Part shown: positions 1 to 10,451 of the stretch, in pieces
Position numbering within the stretch: position 1 is the first letter of the stretch
Layout of the letters: each line of letters begins with the position of its first letter
Source of the DNA: Promethearchaeota archaeon
Lineage (GTDB): Archaea > Asgardarchaeota > Lokiarchaeia > Sigyniarchaeales > SOKP01
Assembly (NCBI GenBank): GCA_011364925.1
Contig: RDOA01000038.1
Location: forward strand, 1 to 37,105
Length of the DNA: 37,105 nucleotides
Direction of reading: 5' to 3'
Program-made: the position numbers and the translations under genes
The notes under the pieces: model-generated
What the model was told of the DNA's origin: nothing
The model's input: only the letters and a program-made list of their open reading frames with translations
The model's database searches: none

Positions 1-53
1 GTAAGCAATGAATTGCATATATAATTGGTTGATAAAAAAAGAAAGAAGGAGTA

Positions 54-557
54 TTATTCTTCTTTATTGATTTTTTCAGCTAATTTTGTGGCTTCTAAGA
101 GCTTTTTTACTTCGTCTACATCTGGAGGTATAACTTTTGGTAATCCCAGTTGTTCTCTTCTTCTTTCTATCGCCGGTTGCATAGGGATTGCTTTTCCATT
201 CTCTAATATTGTTGAAGCTTGTGTAGTGTAGTAATCAGGAGCTTCACTTTTTTCTACACTGATGTTTTTTAAAATGGTAAAAATCTCTGTGAGTTCTACT
301 TTTTGGGGACATACTTCATCACAAGTATCACAAACTGTGCATCCCCATATGTTAAATGCATTTTCTTTACCAAAGATTTTTTCTTTTAACCCAAGAAGAG
401 CGTCCAGTATTAGTCTTCTAGGATTATAACGACCATTTGTTATTTGTGCCACAGGACAAGCACCACTACAAGTAGCGCATTGATAGCAATAGGCTAATGT
501 ACTACCAATGTCCGATTGGATAATTTGATTCCGAAATTCAAAATCTATGGTTGCCAT
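54..557 (-). CDS. hdrC: Heterodisulfide reductase subunit C (2x[4Fe-4S])
   Basis: Two ferredoxin motifs CYQCATCSGACP and WGCTVCDTCDEVCPQ, NPRR motif and C-terminal RREQLGLP typical of HdrC. Confidence 0.9.
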   Translation of the reverse strand: MATIDFEFRNQIIQSDIGSTLAYCYQCATCSGACPVAQITNGRYNPRRLILDALLGLKEKIFGKENAFNIWGCTVCDTCDEVCPQKVELTEIFTILKNISVEKSEAPDYYTTQASTILENGKAIPMQPAIERRREQLGLPKVIPPDVDEVKKLLEATKLAEKINKEE

Positions 558-737
558 AATAATTTAGCTATTTTTTTTTAACTTATTTTATATAAATCTC
601 CTTTAAATTTTAAATTATTTCTTTTTACATTACAGTAAGAAAAGTTCTATTTTCCCTAGAAATGAAAAAATAAAAAAAATTCAAGTAATGATAAGTAATT
701 TCTTCAGAAAACGAGATCTCTTGTTTAATACTGAGAT

Positions 738-1103
738 TTATATTATTTTGCTAATGATTTCCCTAATTGTGTCTTCACTTCCCGCCCCTATCATTATCCC
801 ATCTCTCACTAATGGTTGGCCTTGAACTTCAATAATTCCGTTATACAGATCTCCATTTTTAAAGAAGAGTAGCGTAGGAATAGCAGTTATATTAAATCTA
901 TTGCCTAAAGATCTATTTTGGTCCAAATCAATTTTAATTAACTTAAATAATCCTTCTCTATTAAGTTTCTCCAATATTGGACTGAGGAATTTACACGGTC
1001 CGCACCAATTCGTGTATACATCTATTACAACAGGTCCTTCTTTCATATTGTCAGCAATTTTAATGCCAAAATCTTTCAATTCTTCAATTCTTGTCATAAT
1101 CAT
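738..1103 (-). CDS. trxA: Thioredoxin
   Basis: WCGPC active site, cis-Pro motif AIPTLLFFKNG; start may be the second Met (1097). Confidence 0.9.
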   Translation of the reverse strand: MIMTRIEELKDFGIKIADNMKEGPVVIDVYTNWCGPCKFLSPILEKLNREGLFKLIKIDLDQNRSLGNRFNITAIPTLLFFKNGDLYNGIIEVQGQPLVRDGIMIGAGSEDTIREIISKII

Positions 1104-1268
1104 CAGAATAACAATTTAGTATTTGAAGAAGTTAGAAAATTTAAATTCTATGTTTATTATTAGTCAAAATAAATATTTAATTGCTTTTATTAGTATCAAT
1201 TATAATCGTTTAAGCTACATTCGGGAAAAATCGTGAATTTTTTTTCACAGTCAAATTAATTAGATGGG

Positions 1269-1871
1269 TTATGAATCCATCGAATGTTTGTCAGCAATTA
1301 CTTTTAATTCAGCTATTAACCAGCAAATTTCTTCATATGTAGATGATGATTGGAATATTTCTTTTGTTTTCTTCTCTATTTCGCTTTTAGAAGCTTTGTT
1401 TGAACCTTTAACAAGTTTCAGTTGCATCTCTGCGAGAAGGCGACATAAGTTTTTGTAAGATAATTCTTTTTTTAACAATTTATGTGCGGCTAGTGTAATT
1501 TCTGCTTCTAAATCTGGAGTTAATCCTGCGTCAATCAATTCCAATGTCTCGTCAAACTGAATTTCTAACTCTGGTCTTCTCTCCAACCCTCGTTTATTTA
1601 GCTCTCCTTTCATCAATGTGTCTTTAATAGCTATAAATGCTCCATATTCCTTATCTTGGTCTATTATCTGAATGTTAGCTGTACTGTCTTTTTCATTATT
1701 TAATAAATTTGTTTTATTTATCGATATTTCTCTTCTCTTCTCAGAAATTTTTGATCCAAACCATAAATATATTGTTTTAGAATCATCAATTAAATACACT
1801 TCGTCATCTCGAAAATAAGCTTTGTTCGTTTTCTTTAGTCCTCCCCTTACACCAACGCTATACAATTTCAT
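1269..1871 (-). CDS. Single gelsolin-domain protein with C-terminal helical domain (1DGelX-like)
   Basis: Gelsolin core DDEVYLIDDSKTIYLWFGS...IIDQDKEYGAF, then a helical tail with two similar units (SYKNLCRLLAEMQL / TYEEICWLIAELKV). Confidence 0.8.
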   Translation of the reverse strand: MKLYSVGVRGGLKKTNKAYFRDDEVYLIDDSKTIYLWFGSKISEKRREISINKTNLLNNEKDSTANIQIIDQDKEYGAFIAIKDTLMKGELNKRGLERRPELEIQFDETLELIDAGLTPDLEAEITLAAHKLLKKELSYKNLCRLLAEMQLKLVKGSNKASKSEIEKKTKEIFQSSSTYEEICWLIAELKVIADKHSMDS

Positions 1872-1948
1872 TTGTCATTCCACTTTAAATTATTTTTCTG
1901 CCAAAAACATTCTCAACCCATTTCAAAAAAGAATAAAAAATTAGATTA

Positions 1949-2596
1949 TTAGATTTTTAAAGATTTTGCCGACAATATTTCTACCCTTATATTTGGATCT
2001 TTCTTCGCCATAATATCTTTGAATGAATTTAAATCCTTATCCCAATTGTGCATTGGAACCACTATCTCAGGTTGTATGTCAACAGCTGCATCACTAGCCT
2101 CTTCAAAATCCATAGTATAAGTTCCTCCACAAGGAAGTAAAGCAACAGTTATCTTCCTATTCCTTAAATCTTTCATTTCAGGAATTCTCTCCGTGTCACC
2201 CGCGTGATACACGCTTTTACCAGCCGATTCTATTATAGTTCCCGTCCAATGATTACTTTTAGGATGGGTAGGTTTATTGATTGTATATGCTGGAAAAAGT
2301 TCTATAGAAAAATCTTTATAAGCGAACTTTTCTCCAATTTCCAAACCTTGACCATTAAATTTTTTTAAGCTACTCTCTATGCTAGCGGGACCTAATAGTA
2401 CAGTATCGTCTCTCCATATTTTCTTAATATCTGATTTCGAAAAATGATCCCCATGTGTATGGGACGATACTATAATATCGGCTTTCTCTTCTCCGTCTTT
2501 AATGTGATATGGATCTAAATATATGATCCTTCCACTAAACATCTTAATTTTAAAGCACGCATGCTGGAGCCAAAATATTTCCATTTGAGTGTCCAT
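1949..2596 (-). CDS. MBL-fold metallo-hydrolase (UPF0173/UlaG-like)
   Basis: HACFKI, IYLDPY, HTHGDH, YHAGDT, VVPMH motifs; GAGGT RBS upstream. Confidence 0.88.
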   Translation of the reverse strand: MDTQMEIFWLQHACFKIKMFSGRIIYLDPYHIKDGEEKADIIVSSHTHGDHFSKSDIKKIWRDDTVLLGPASIESSLKKFNGQGLEIGEKFAYKDFSIELFPAYTINKPTHPKSNHWTGTIIESAGKSVYHAGDTERIPEMKDLRNRKITVALLPCGGTYTMDFEEASDAAVDIQPEIVVPMHNWDKDLNSFKDIMAKKDPNIRVEILSAKSLKI

Positions 2597-2767
2597 CGTT
2601 ATAACCTCTTTTTTTAAGAAATCTAAAGTAACATGTCTATAAATGATTTACTAGATTATAATTCTAACTTGAAAAACATACTAATCATCTATAAATTGAA
2701 TTGAAAATATTAATATTGATGCCGATTTTTCATTAATTATTCAAACTTTTGCACCTAGAATGATTGA

Positions 2768-3271
2768 ATGATGAATTTAACAAGAGAAGATTTGATACAA
2801 TCAGACGCAACAATGAATCAAATGCGTAATATGGTTTATCACTTAGTAAGATTTATGAAAATCAACGGTATATCTGAAACAAAAGAAAACCTACGAAAGA
2901 TGGGACGAAATATTGCTTTAACTTATCTACAATATTGGAAACCAATTGAACAGGTAACTAAAGCAAATTTGACTAGTGTAATAACTACAATTTATAAAAA
3001 AATATTAAACAGCTCCGTTTCAGTAGTACTTGATGAAATTAATAATATCGTTATTGTGAAAGATAACGACTGCTCTCTATGTAAATACCAATTCAACGAT
3101 ATTGATGTCGCGGGATGTGAAGTTATAGTGGGAATGATATCAGAAATGATTTCTCAAATTAATAAAGAAAATCCTCTGATTGTTTTACAACCACGCGATA
3201 TTATAGAATCTCGAACATTTGGACACAAAGCCTGTGTCCAAAGTTTTAAATACAAAGAGGGGGGCGTTTAA
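2768..3271 (+). CDS. V4R-domain protein (V4R/Bet3-like fold)
   Basis: LRKMGRNIA helix, DCSLC, GCEVIVGMISEM, ESRTFGHKAC pattern of V4R domains. Confidence 0.7.
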   Translation: MMNLTREDLIQSDATMNQMRNMVYHLVRFMKINGISETKENLRKMGRNIALTYLQYWKPIEQVTKANLTSVITTIYKKILNSSVSVVLDEINNIVIVKDNDCSLCKYQFNDIDVAGCEVIVGMISEMISQINKENPLIVLQPRDIIESRTFGHKACVQSFKYKEGGV

Positions 3272-3273
3272 AA

Positions 3274-4749
3274 GTGGGTGCAGTTCAATGGTTATTGAAA
3301 AAAATTACGAAAGTTTTCGGAAGGAATACAAATTCCCTTTTTTATGTTCTTCTTTATCGCGAAATTTTAAAGGAAATCAATGAAATTACAAAAGATGAAC
3401 AAGATAGTATTGTAATTCTTAGGGAACTTGGGAAAAAGGCAGCAACTGAATCATGCGAACGACACACCGCTGTATTTAAATGGATGCCGGGGAGTCCAAG
3501 GAAAGTAATTGAATATTTTGAACTTTTATGGGTTGTTGTTTTTGGAAAAGAATTAGAAGAAGGAGATTTAACTTATGAAGAAATTCCTAAAGAAGGTTCG
3601 AAATATAGCGATTATATTGTTAAAATAAAAAGTTGTCCTCTTTGTGCGGGCTACGGACTAGATAATGAAGATACTTTTAATTTTCAAAAATTAATTAACA
3701 AGGATTCAGAAGGTCTCGCGTGTGGGTTAACGGGTATGTTAGAGTCTGTAGCAAATTTCATTTTAAAGATAAAAAGAAGCGATTACCGAATTAATATTAT
3801 TGAACAAAAATGTATATCCAGAGGTGAAGATCAACTTCAATTTATTTGTAAAATATATGATTCCTTAGAGTGGAAAGGGCTGAGTTCTACAAGAATTCAA
3901 GAAAAATTAAAATCGGGTGTAAAATTTGAAGATTCTTTGGAAGAAGACGTTGTTCAAGAAACTAAGTTGGATATTATTGATAAACTTCAAGAAGTTTTAT
4001 CCCTCGATAAAATAGAGGAATTACTTGATGAACCCTTAGAGGGTATTAAAAGTAAAGTCTCTGAGATCATTGAAGATAAATTGAATATGGAAACAGAACA
4101 CTTTTTCGATTACTTTAAAAATTACGAGGATGATCTTCTAAGAATCGTAGGTTACCTCGCAGTCCACTTGTTTAATGAGTACGGTGGATTAATCGAAAAA
4201 ATGTTGGGAAATACTACTTTTGCGAAAATAGCTGGATATCTTTTTAAGCAATTAAGAGAATTTGTGTTATTGTTCGTCCCTATTGATGTAATAAACGACT
4301 ATCATCAACTATTAATAAGCTTTCTTGATGGTTTAGCTCCACCAGAGATGGTAGAGAATGTAAGACAATTTTCAGGCAAGGACGATATGAACTTTGTTTT
4401 TGAAGGCGCTCAAATGGCACTTCAAAACTTAGGCATTGATTTTTCAGAGTTAAAAGATAATGTATGGGAAGAAATAAGAAGAGAGAGAGAAAATGGATTA
4501 ATTTCCTCGGAACAGTCAATGTTAGAAAAAACCGAAGAAAATATCCCTAAAGTTATTAGGATAATGCAGGAAATCTTAATGTTGTTAAGTGATATTTTAA
4601 CGCTTCCTATTCGTGTATTAATTTCAGAAAGTCATTATGGTTTAAAAACAGCAATAAACTCAGTAGTTTCTGAAGAAGAAGGATTGTTTGGTACTATGAA
4701 AGGACGAATCGACACAATTTTCGACTATGTACAAGAAATAAGAAAATAA
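3274..4749 (+). CDS. V4R-domain protein with long acidic helical C-terminal region
   Basis: LRELGKKAA, SCPLC, ACGLTGMLESVA, EQKCISRGED in the first ~195 aa; remaining ~290 aa helical-looking and unassigned; GTG start with GAGGGGG upstream. Confidence 0.65.
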   Translation: MGAVQWLLKKITKVFGRNTNSLFYVLLYREILKEINEITKDEQDSIVILRELGKKAATESCERHTAVFKWMPGSPRKVIEYFELLWVVVFGKELEEGDLTYEEIPKEGSKYSDYIVKIKSCPLCAGYGLDNEDTFNFQKLINKDSEGLACGLTGMLESVANFILKIKRSDYRINIIEQKCISRGEDQLQFICKIYDSLEWKGLSSTRIQEKLKSGVKFEDSLEEDVVQETKLDIIDKLQEVLSLDKIEELLDEPLEGIKSKVSEIIEDKLNMETEHFFDYFKNYEDDLLRIVGYLAVHLFNEYGGLIEKMLGNTTFAKIAGYLFKQLREFVLLFVPIDVINDYHQLLISFLDGLAPPEMVENVRQFSGKDDMNFVFEGAQMALQNLGIDFSELKDNVWEEIRRERENGLISSEQSMLEKTEENIPKVIRIMQEILMLLSDILTLPIRVLISESHYGLKTAINSVVSEEEGLFGTMKGRIDTIFDYVQEIRK

Positions 4750-4764
4750 AATTAAAAAAAAATT

Positions 4765-5487
4765 TTAAGCTCGTAATCCTAAATACATCAATATAATGCT
4801 AGTAATCATAGCTAATCTTACAATGATTAGCAATGGTCCAGGATAAACTAAGGCATCACCAGCACCAGCAATGGAAAATACAATAAATCCGAATCCTAGT
4901 AATAAGAATTTTTTTCTTAAAACTCCTGTTGATTTAGCAGCTTTTATCAAAAAACCAAGTCCGTGAAAAATTAGGATTGAAACGATGAATAGTGCCATCA
5001 ATAGGAATGTTGGATACAAAGTTACAAAGCTAGAATCTATTATCTCTCCCGCTAGTGGTGGAGGTATATTAAATGTCTCTGTATTATGAAACCATAGAAA
5101 GTATTCAAAAATTAAACCTAACACTAGGTAGATACCTACAATTATCCATTTTCTTTTAGGTGTTAGTAATTCTCCACCAATATACATTGCGCAAACTAAA
5201 GCAGGAGCTATCCATAAATAACTTAAAATACCATACACACCGTAACCCCAACCCCAAAAATCAGTATAAACATTAGTACCGGTTATTATCACTGTGAATA
5301 AATCAGTAGCTGGTCCGAGATACAAAAAACCTATGAAGAAGATGGCTAATCCTAAAATGGTAAGAAGTTTAGCTTTTAGCTTTCTTGCTTTAATAATAGA
5401 GATTAAACCAAATATTATCCCAACTAATACTACGCTTGCAGCTGTTAATCCCTCTAACCAAAAAGTCCATGATGTAGGAAAATACAT
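4765..5487 (-). CDS. Multi-pass (~7 TM) membrane protein, possible stand-alone 7TM sensor-like domain
   Basis: About seven hydrophobic segments, no catalytic motif recognised. Confidence 0.6.
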   Translation of the reverse strand: MYFPTSWTFWLEGLTAASVVLVGIIFGLISIIKARKLKAKLLTILGLAIFFIGFLYLGPATDLFTVIITGTNVYTDFWGWGYGVYGILSYLWIAPALVCAMYIGGELLTPKRKWIIVGIYLVLGLIFEYFLWFHNTETFNIPPPLAGEIIDSSFVTLYPTFLLMALFIVSILIFHGLGFLIKAAKSTGVLRKKFLLLGFGFIVFSIAGAGDALVYPGPLLIIVRLAMITSIILMYLGLRA

Positions 5488-5755
5488 TTTTCAAGATCAT
5501 CCTTTTTTATTATTAAATTTATATAGTTACTATTATAGATTAAAATCCGATGTAAATATTTTTTTCATAAATAAAATTTGAAAAAATATTCCTTTCTTAA
5601 AAATTGAAATAGAATTTTTATTTAAATTTATAGATAATATTCAGAACCTATATCATTTTTTGTAGTGTAAAAATGGAAAAATGGTCTATTCTGGCATTGA
5701 AAGCACTCTCCTCTAAGATTACAAGCAAAATAAACTAATAAAGAATAAAACACAT

Positions 5756-6127
5756 CTAATCTAAAAGTGAAGCAATTCTATTGGAGACGCTTTGAATATT
5801 TAGAAAAACCATTCCTAAACTAGAATTAGGGCTACATAATGTGCACAAAATTGCGTTTTCGCCAGCTTTAGAGAGAATAATTATACCGTTTAAGCCTTCA
5901 ATAAGGATCCTTTTTAATTCCCCCCTATCGAGTTCCTCAACAGCGCGTTCTGAAACGCTCTGAATGGCAGCAGACATGGCTGAAACTATTCCATCGTTCA
6001 CATTCCTACTTAAAACAGAACAAATTGGGAGTCCTTGAACACTAACAATGGCAGAACCTTCAATGTCACTATTCACCGCGGACAGTTTTCGAAGCAGATC
6101 CGTGAGTTCACTAATATTTTCAGACAA
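5756..6127 (-). CDS. Roadblock/LC7 (MglB-like) domain protein
   Basis: DIEGSAIVSVQGLPI, VSAMSAAI, ELDRGELKRILIEG, LGMVFL; TTG start with GGAGG RBS upstream. Confidence 0.92.
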   Translation of the reverse strand: MSENISELTDLLRKLSAVNSDIEGSAIVSVQGLPICSVLSRNVNDGIVSAMSAAIQSVSERAVEELDRGELKRILIEGLNGIIILSKAGENAILCTLCSPNSSLGMVFLNIQSVSNRIASLLD

Positions 6128-6347
6128 TCGTGATTGCCTCCCTAAATTTTGACGAAGGTTTTAAAAACTTTAAAATTAATCGACTCAATTATAAACAAAA
6201 CTAATGAGTGATAAATTTATTACTTATATGATCTATTAAAATTAACTTTATTTAATTATTAATGTTTACCTTATTTTTTCTATTTTATTAAATTTGATAT
6301 CCGTATTTAAAAAATATTTTTATCAATTTCTTCATTTATTGATTTTA

Positions 6348-7328
6348 ATGACTGCTAATAATAATTTAAAAAATCAACCTGCAAAAAAAATCAATAAAGA
6401 AGAAGCAGAAAAAACCGAGGAAGAAGAAAAGAATAAAATTGAATCTTTAAAAAAAGCGGGTGCAATAGCAAAAGAAGCAAAATTGTTTATTAAACCAGAG
6501 ATAAAAATTGGAACAAATATTTTCAATTTAATAGAGAAGGCAGAAGCAAAAATCGTTGATTTGGGTGGGAATTGTGCGTTTCCTATAAATGTAAGTATAA
6601 ACAACATTGCTGCCCACTATACATCTCCTATAAAGGACGATGAACTTACCATAAACGATGGAGATATCGTGAAAATCGATTTAGGTGTTCACATCGATGG
6701 TTATATTGTAGATACTGCTTTTAGTGTAACGTTTAGCGATGATCCAGCCCTTGAAAATATAATTCAAGCAACAGAAGTAGCTCTAGAAGCGTCAAAAATG
6801 ATGGTAAAACCAAAAATTAACACGAGAGAAATGGGTAAAAAGATCGAAGAAATCGTTAAAGGATTTAAATACAATCCAATTAAAGAGTTGGGCGGACACC
6901 AGATTGAACGGTGGACAGTCCACGGGAAAAAACAGCTCCCTGAATTGGGTACTCAAGGTGGCGATATCATGGAAGCAGGAGAGGTCTATGCTATTGAAAT
7001 TTTTGCATCAACAGGAGAGGGTACGATTCATAACACTAATTATTCCTATATATACGAATTGAATCCTTATGCGGGAAGAGTACCGCTACGAAGAAAAACC
7101 TCTAAACAAATATTGGGGCATATTAATAAAAATTATAAAACTCTTCCTTTCGCAGAAAGATGGTTAGCAAAAGATTTTAGATTAGGCGTTGTTTTTGGTT
7201 TGCAAGAATTAGTACAACAGGGAAAAATTAAAGCTCACTATGTTCTGGCGGAACAGAAAGGAGAATTTGTTGCCCAGAGTGAAGAAACAATATTAATTAC
7301 AGAGGATGGGTGTGAACAACTTACATAG
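6348..7328 (+). CDS. map: Type II methionine aminopeptidase
   Basis: AFPINVSINNIAAHY, KIDLGVHIDGYIVDTA, GGHQI, AIEIFAS, VAQSEETI; ATG at 6348 preferred over TTG at 6294. Confidence 0.95.
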   Translation: MTANNNLKNQPAKKINKEEAEKTEEEEKNKIESLKKAGAIAKEAKLFIKPEIKIGTNIFNLIEKAEAKIVDLGGNCAFPINVSINNIAAHYTSPIKDDELTINDGDIVKIDLGVHIDGYIVDTAFSVTFSDDPALENIIQATEVALEASKMMVKPKINTREMGKKIEEIVKGFKYNPIKELGGHQIERWTVHGKKQLPELGTQGGDIMEAGEVYAIEIFASTGEGTIHNTNYSYIYELNPYAGRVPLRRKTSKQILGHINKNYKTLPFAERWLAKDFRLGVVFGLQELVQQGKIKAHYVLAEQKGEFVAQSEETILITEDGCEQLT

Positions 7329-7365
7329 TAATGCGAGAATTAACTAGAATATCGTTAGATTTCAC

Positions 7366-8481
7366 ATGAAAAGACTAAAAATTTGTTTAGTTTCTTTAAC
7401 AGTTTCTCCTGATAGTGCTGATGGAGAAGCTAAGGTAGTTAGAGCGCTTTTTGAGCACTTAAAACACCAAGGTCATGATGTTACACTAATTACTGGAATG
7501 TGGAATAAAGATTTAGGGGAACCAGACATAATTCAATTTAAACTCATTAAAAGGAGATTTTTTTGGGTTCCTCATTTTTATTATAGAGTAATTAAATTCT
7601 TAAGAAAGAACAACTTCGATATTATTCACGCTAATAGTGCAAAAGCAGCACTACCAATTATTTTAGCAGGACGAACAAAATTCCTATGTACAATTCACGA
7701 TTTCACTCCTTTTGAAACAGAACTTACAACTATCCCAATAGAAAGACTATTAATAAAATTTGTCTCAAAAAGAGCTTCAAAAATTATAACGGTTTCAAAT
7801 TTTGTTAAGACAGAATTCTATCATTATATCCCAAAACTTGATAAAAATAAGATTGTCACTATTTATAATGGTATCGAAGAAAAGTATAAACCATATCCTG
7901 AAGAGGCTCAGCGATTAAAAGAAAGATTGAAAATCAAAGGACCAATACTCTTATATATCGGGAGAATAACTCCTTACAAAGGAGTAAAATATATAATTGA
8001 GGCTTACAAAAGAGTTAAAGCTGAGCTCCCCACAGTAAATTTAGTAATTGGGGGAAAGCCAGATTATTTGATGGAGAAAGAGTATGTTAATTGGAACGAA
8101 TTATATAATGACATACTTTTTACTGGATTTTTACCCGAAGACGAACTTGCTTATTATTTTTCGATGGGTGATATATTTCTTACTTATTCTTCATCATCCG
8201 AAGGATTTGGTTTAACACCCTTAGAAGCGATTGCATGTGGGACTCCGGTTATATGTTCATCACTTACAGTTTATAGAGAAATACTAGGAAACAACGCTAT
8301 TTTTGTTCCCCCTAAGGATTCGATAAAATTAGCTACTAAAATCCTTCATCTTTTAAGCAATAAGGAATTAGGAGAAAGTATGGTAAAAAACGCTCAGACT
8401 TTTATTAAGAAATACAGCTGGAATATGGTTGGGGAAAGATTAGAACAAGTGTATAAAAAATTTCTAAACAGCGAAGATTAA
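7366..8481 (+). CDS. Glycosyltransferase family 4 (GT-B)
   Basis: GHDVTLIT, DIIHAN, IYNGI, YIGRITPYKG, EGFGLTPLEAIACGTPVI. Confidence 0.93.
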   Translation: MKRLKICLVSLTVSPDSADGEAKVVRALFEHLKHQGHDVTLITGMWNKDLGEPDIIQFKLIKRRFFWVPHFYYRVIKFLRKNNFDIIHANSAKAALPIILAGRTKFLCTIHDFTPFETELTTIPIERLLIKFVSKRASKIITVSNFVKTEFYHYIPKLDKNKIVTIYNGIEEKYKPYPEEAQRLKERLKIKGPILLYIGRITPYKGVKYIIEAYKRVKAELPTVNLVIGGKPDYLMEKEYVNWNELYNDILFTGFLPEDELAYYFSMGDIFLTYSSSSEGFGLTPLEAIACGTPVICSSLTVYREILGNNAIFVPPKDSIKLATKILHLLSNKELGESMVKNAQTFIKKYSWNMVGERLEQVYKKFLNSED

Positions 8482-8483
8482 TT

Positions 8484-9581
8484 TTAAATCTCTTCTTTCA
8501 CATGATTGAAACAAATTTCGTTTGGATTATCAAATTTCATGATTTTTTTTTTAAATGTATCGTTAAATCTATCAGTGCTTGGCTTTGATGATAATATTTC
8601 GATAGACTTATTTACGATATCTTCGATTTCCCTCATATGATTCAAAGGAAAGCCGTTTTCTATTAAAAATTGTTCCTGAGGCGCTGTATCTCCTGGAAAA
8701 AATTCTATGCTTGGTATATTTAAGAGGCTTGACTCACGAACGATTGTTCCACCTCCACTAATTACTAATGCACTATAATAGCATAAATCCACCATATTTG
8801 GCATATACCTAGTAATTATAACGTTTGGATTATCAGCATAACTATGTAATTTCTTTTTAAGAAAATCCTCTTGCTTTTCTGTTCTTACTATTAAGTAATA
8901 CTTTAGATCAGGACATTGGACATATATCGGTGGAAAGAATTGGCTAATTAATGTCTCTTCGGGTTTAAGCTTATTAATAAAATAACTTGCAAAACTCGGT
9001 TCAGTCCGAATAATGACAAATTTTCCTTTTTCTAAGGAATATGTATTTAGAACTTCAGGATTTGGTTCATAATCGTTAAGCCATGCTATTTCATCAATAC
9101 CATTGTACTTTATTAACTTATTTGGCTCTGCGTGAAGTTTCACGTACCATTCTTCTGGAACACATGCAGGAATTATAATCTTATCTAAATATGGAAATAT
9201 CAGCTTACACACAGGAATGTTACGAGGTTCGTCATTATAACCTATCGAAGGAATTTTTAATCCGTAAGAGATCCTCGCACCCTCAACAGATGAAAAGGTA
9301 ACAAAATAATCGGGTTTGAAGTCAGTAACAAATGGAAATAACTCGGTTAAGCGATTTATATAAGTCTCTAATTTATCCTCTAGTTTTTCACCACCATGTT
9401 TTCCTATCTTATGATATTTAATGTGTAAATCATCTAAAATTTGAAATGTTGAATCGTAATCTCTAGCTGTGGTTAATAGTTCTACACCCTCGTTTTGAAA
9501 ATTTCTTATTAAGGACTTGAACATGATTGCTGTTTTTGGTTCTTCAATGTCAATCCAAATTCTTTTATTAGATAAACTCAT
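8484..9581 (-). CDS. DUF354-family GT-B fold protein
   Basis: IWIDI, TARDY, IGKHGG, YNGIDE, SGGGTIVRESSLLNIPSI. Confidence 0.8.
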   Translation of the reverse strand: MSLSNKRIWIDIEEPKTAIMFKSLIRNFQNEGVELLTTARDYDSTFQILDDLHIKYHKIGKHGGEKLEDKLETYINRLTELFPFVTDFKPDYFVTFSSVEGARISYGLKIPSIGYNDEPRNIPVCKLIFPYLDKIIIPACVPEEWYVKLHAEPNKLIKYNGIDEIAWLNDYEPNPEVLNTYSLEKGKFVIIRTEPSFASYFINKLKPEETLISQFFPPIYVQCPDLKYYLIVRTEKQEDFLKKKLHSYADNPNVIITRYMPNMVDLCYYSALVISGGGTIVRESSLLNIPSIEFFPGDTAPQEQFLIENGFPLNHMREIEDIVNKSIEILSSKPSTDRFNDTFKKKIMKFDNPNEICFNHVKEEI

Positions 9582-9633
9582 CTTTCACACAAGATTTGAT
9601 TTTGAAATCAAGATTATAATATTTTATTAATTA

Positions 9634-10389
9634 TCATTTCCAATCTTCAGGTTTTTTCTTTAACAGTTTTGCAGGATTTCCTACAACAATATCGTTCTCA
9701 TTAGTGTTCTTAGTAACTACACTACCTGCTCCAACAATAGTCCCCTTTTTTAATGTAATCCCCGGTAAAATTACTGAATTTGCTCCCAGTGAAACATTAT
9801 CCTCTATTATTGGACCCAGTAGAGCAAATTCTCTTCGCTTCATGTATTTATCATTTGTTAACTTACTGAACGGTCCCATAAAAACATTATTTCCAATTTT
9901 GCAATATAGTGGGATATAAACTCCAGTTTGAATGCTTACCTCCGCTCCTATAACTACATTTCCATCAATTATAGTGTTAGTCCCAATTAAGGAATTATTA
10001 CCAACATTCGTTTTTTCTCTAATCATAACATTATGTCCTGTTTGACATTTTTGACCTATACTCACTTCAGAATAAATTATCGTTCCCGCTCTTATGGTGC
10101 AATCTCTTCCGATTGTTACTAAAGGACTCTGATGTTCTGTGGGTGCTTTTTTTTCTTTTATTATTTGAGATAAATCACCTCGTTGTGGATGACCAATGAT
10201 ACAATTCTCCCCTATATAAGAACCAGCTTGAACCAATGCATTTCCATATATTTTTGCCCCATTGGAAATATAGACATCACTCTCGATCTTTACTCCTTTC
10301 CCTATTGTTGTATAACTATCAATATATGCATTTTCATGAACATTCGCTCTTGGATGTATAAAAGAGAATTTATTTCGTTCTAAATTCAC
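9634..10389 (-). CDS. Hexapeptide-repeat acyltransferase (WbpD-like sugar N-acetyltransferase)
   Basis: Left-handed beta-helix repeats, QTGHNVMIRE, TNDKY, VGAGSVVTK, VVGNPAK. Confidence 0.85.
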   Translation of the reverse strand: MNLERNKFSFIHPRANVHENAYIDSYTTIGKGVKIESDVYISNGAKIYGNALVQAGSYIGENCIIGHPQRGDLSQIIKEKKAPTEHQSPLVTIGRDCTIRAGTIIYSEVSIGQKCQTGHNVMIREKTNVGNNSLIGTNTIIDGNVVIGAEVSIQTGVYIPLYCKIGNNVFMGPFSKLTNDKYMKRREFALLGPIIEDNVSLGANSVILPGITLKKGTIVGAGSVVTKNTNENDIVVGNPAKLLKKKPEDWK

Positions 10390-10451
10390 TAAATGATTTC
10401 ACTTTTAACTTATTTTTAGGTGAATAATTTCTTTAAATATTATTAACTTAA

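Noticed and set aside
1-18. Possible start (MQFIAY...) of a minus-strand gene downstream of hdrC, perhaps hdrB
   Set aside because: Only six codons visible, so it cannot be identified
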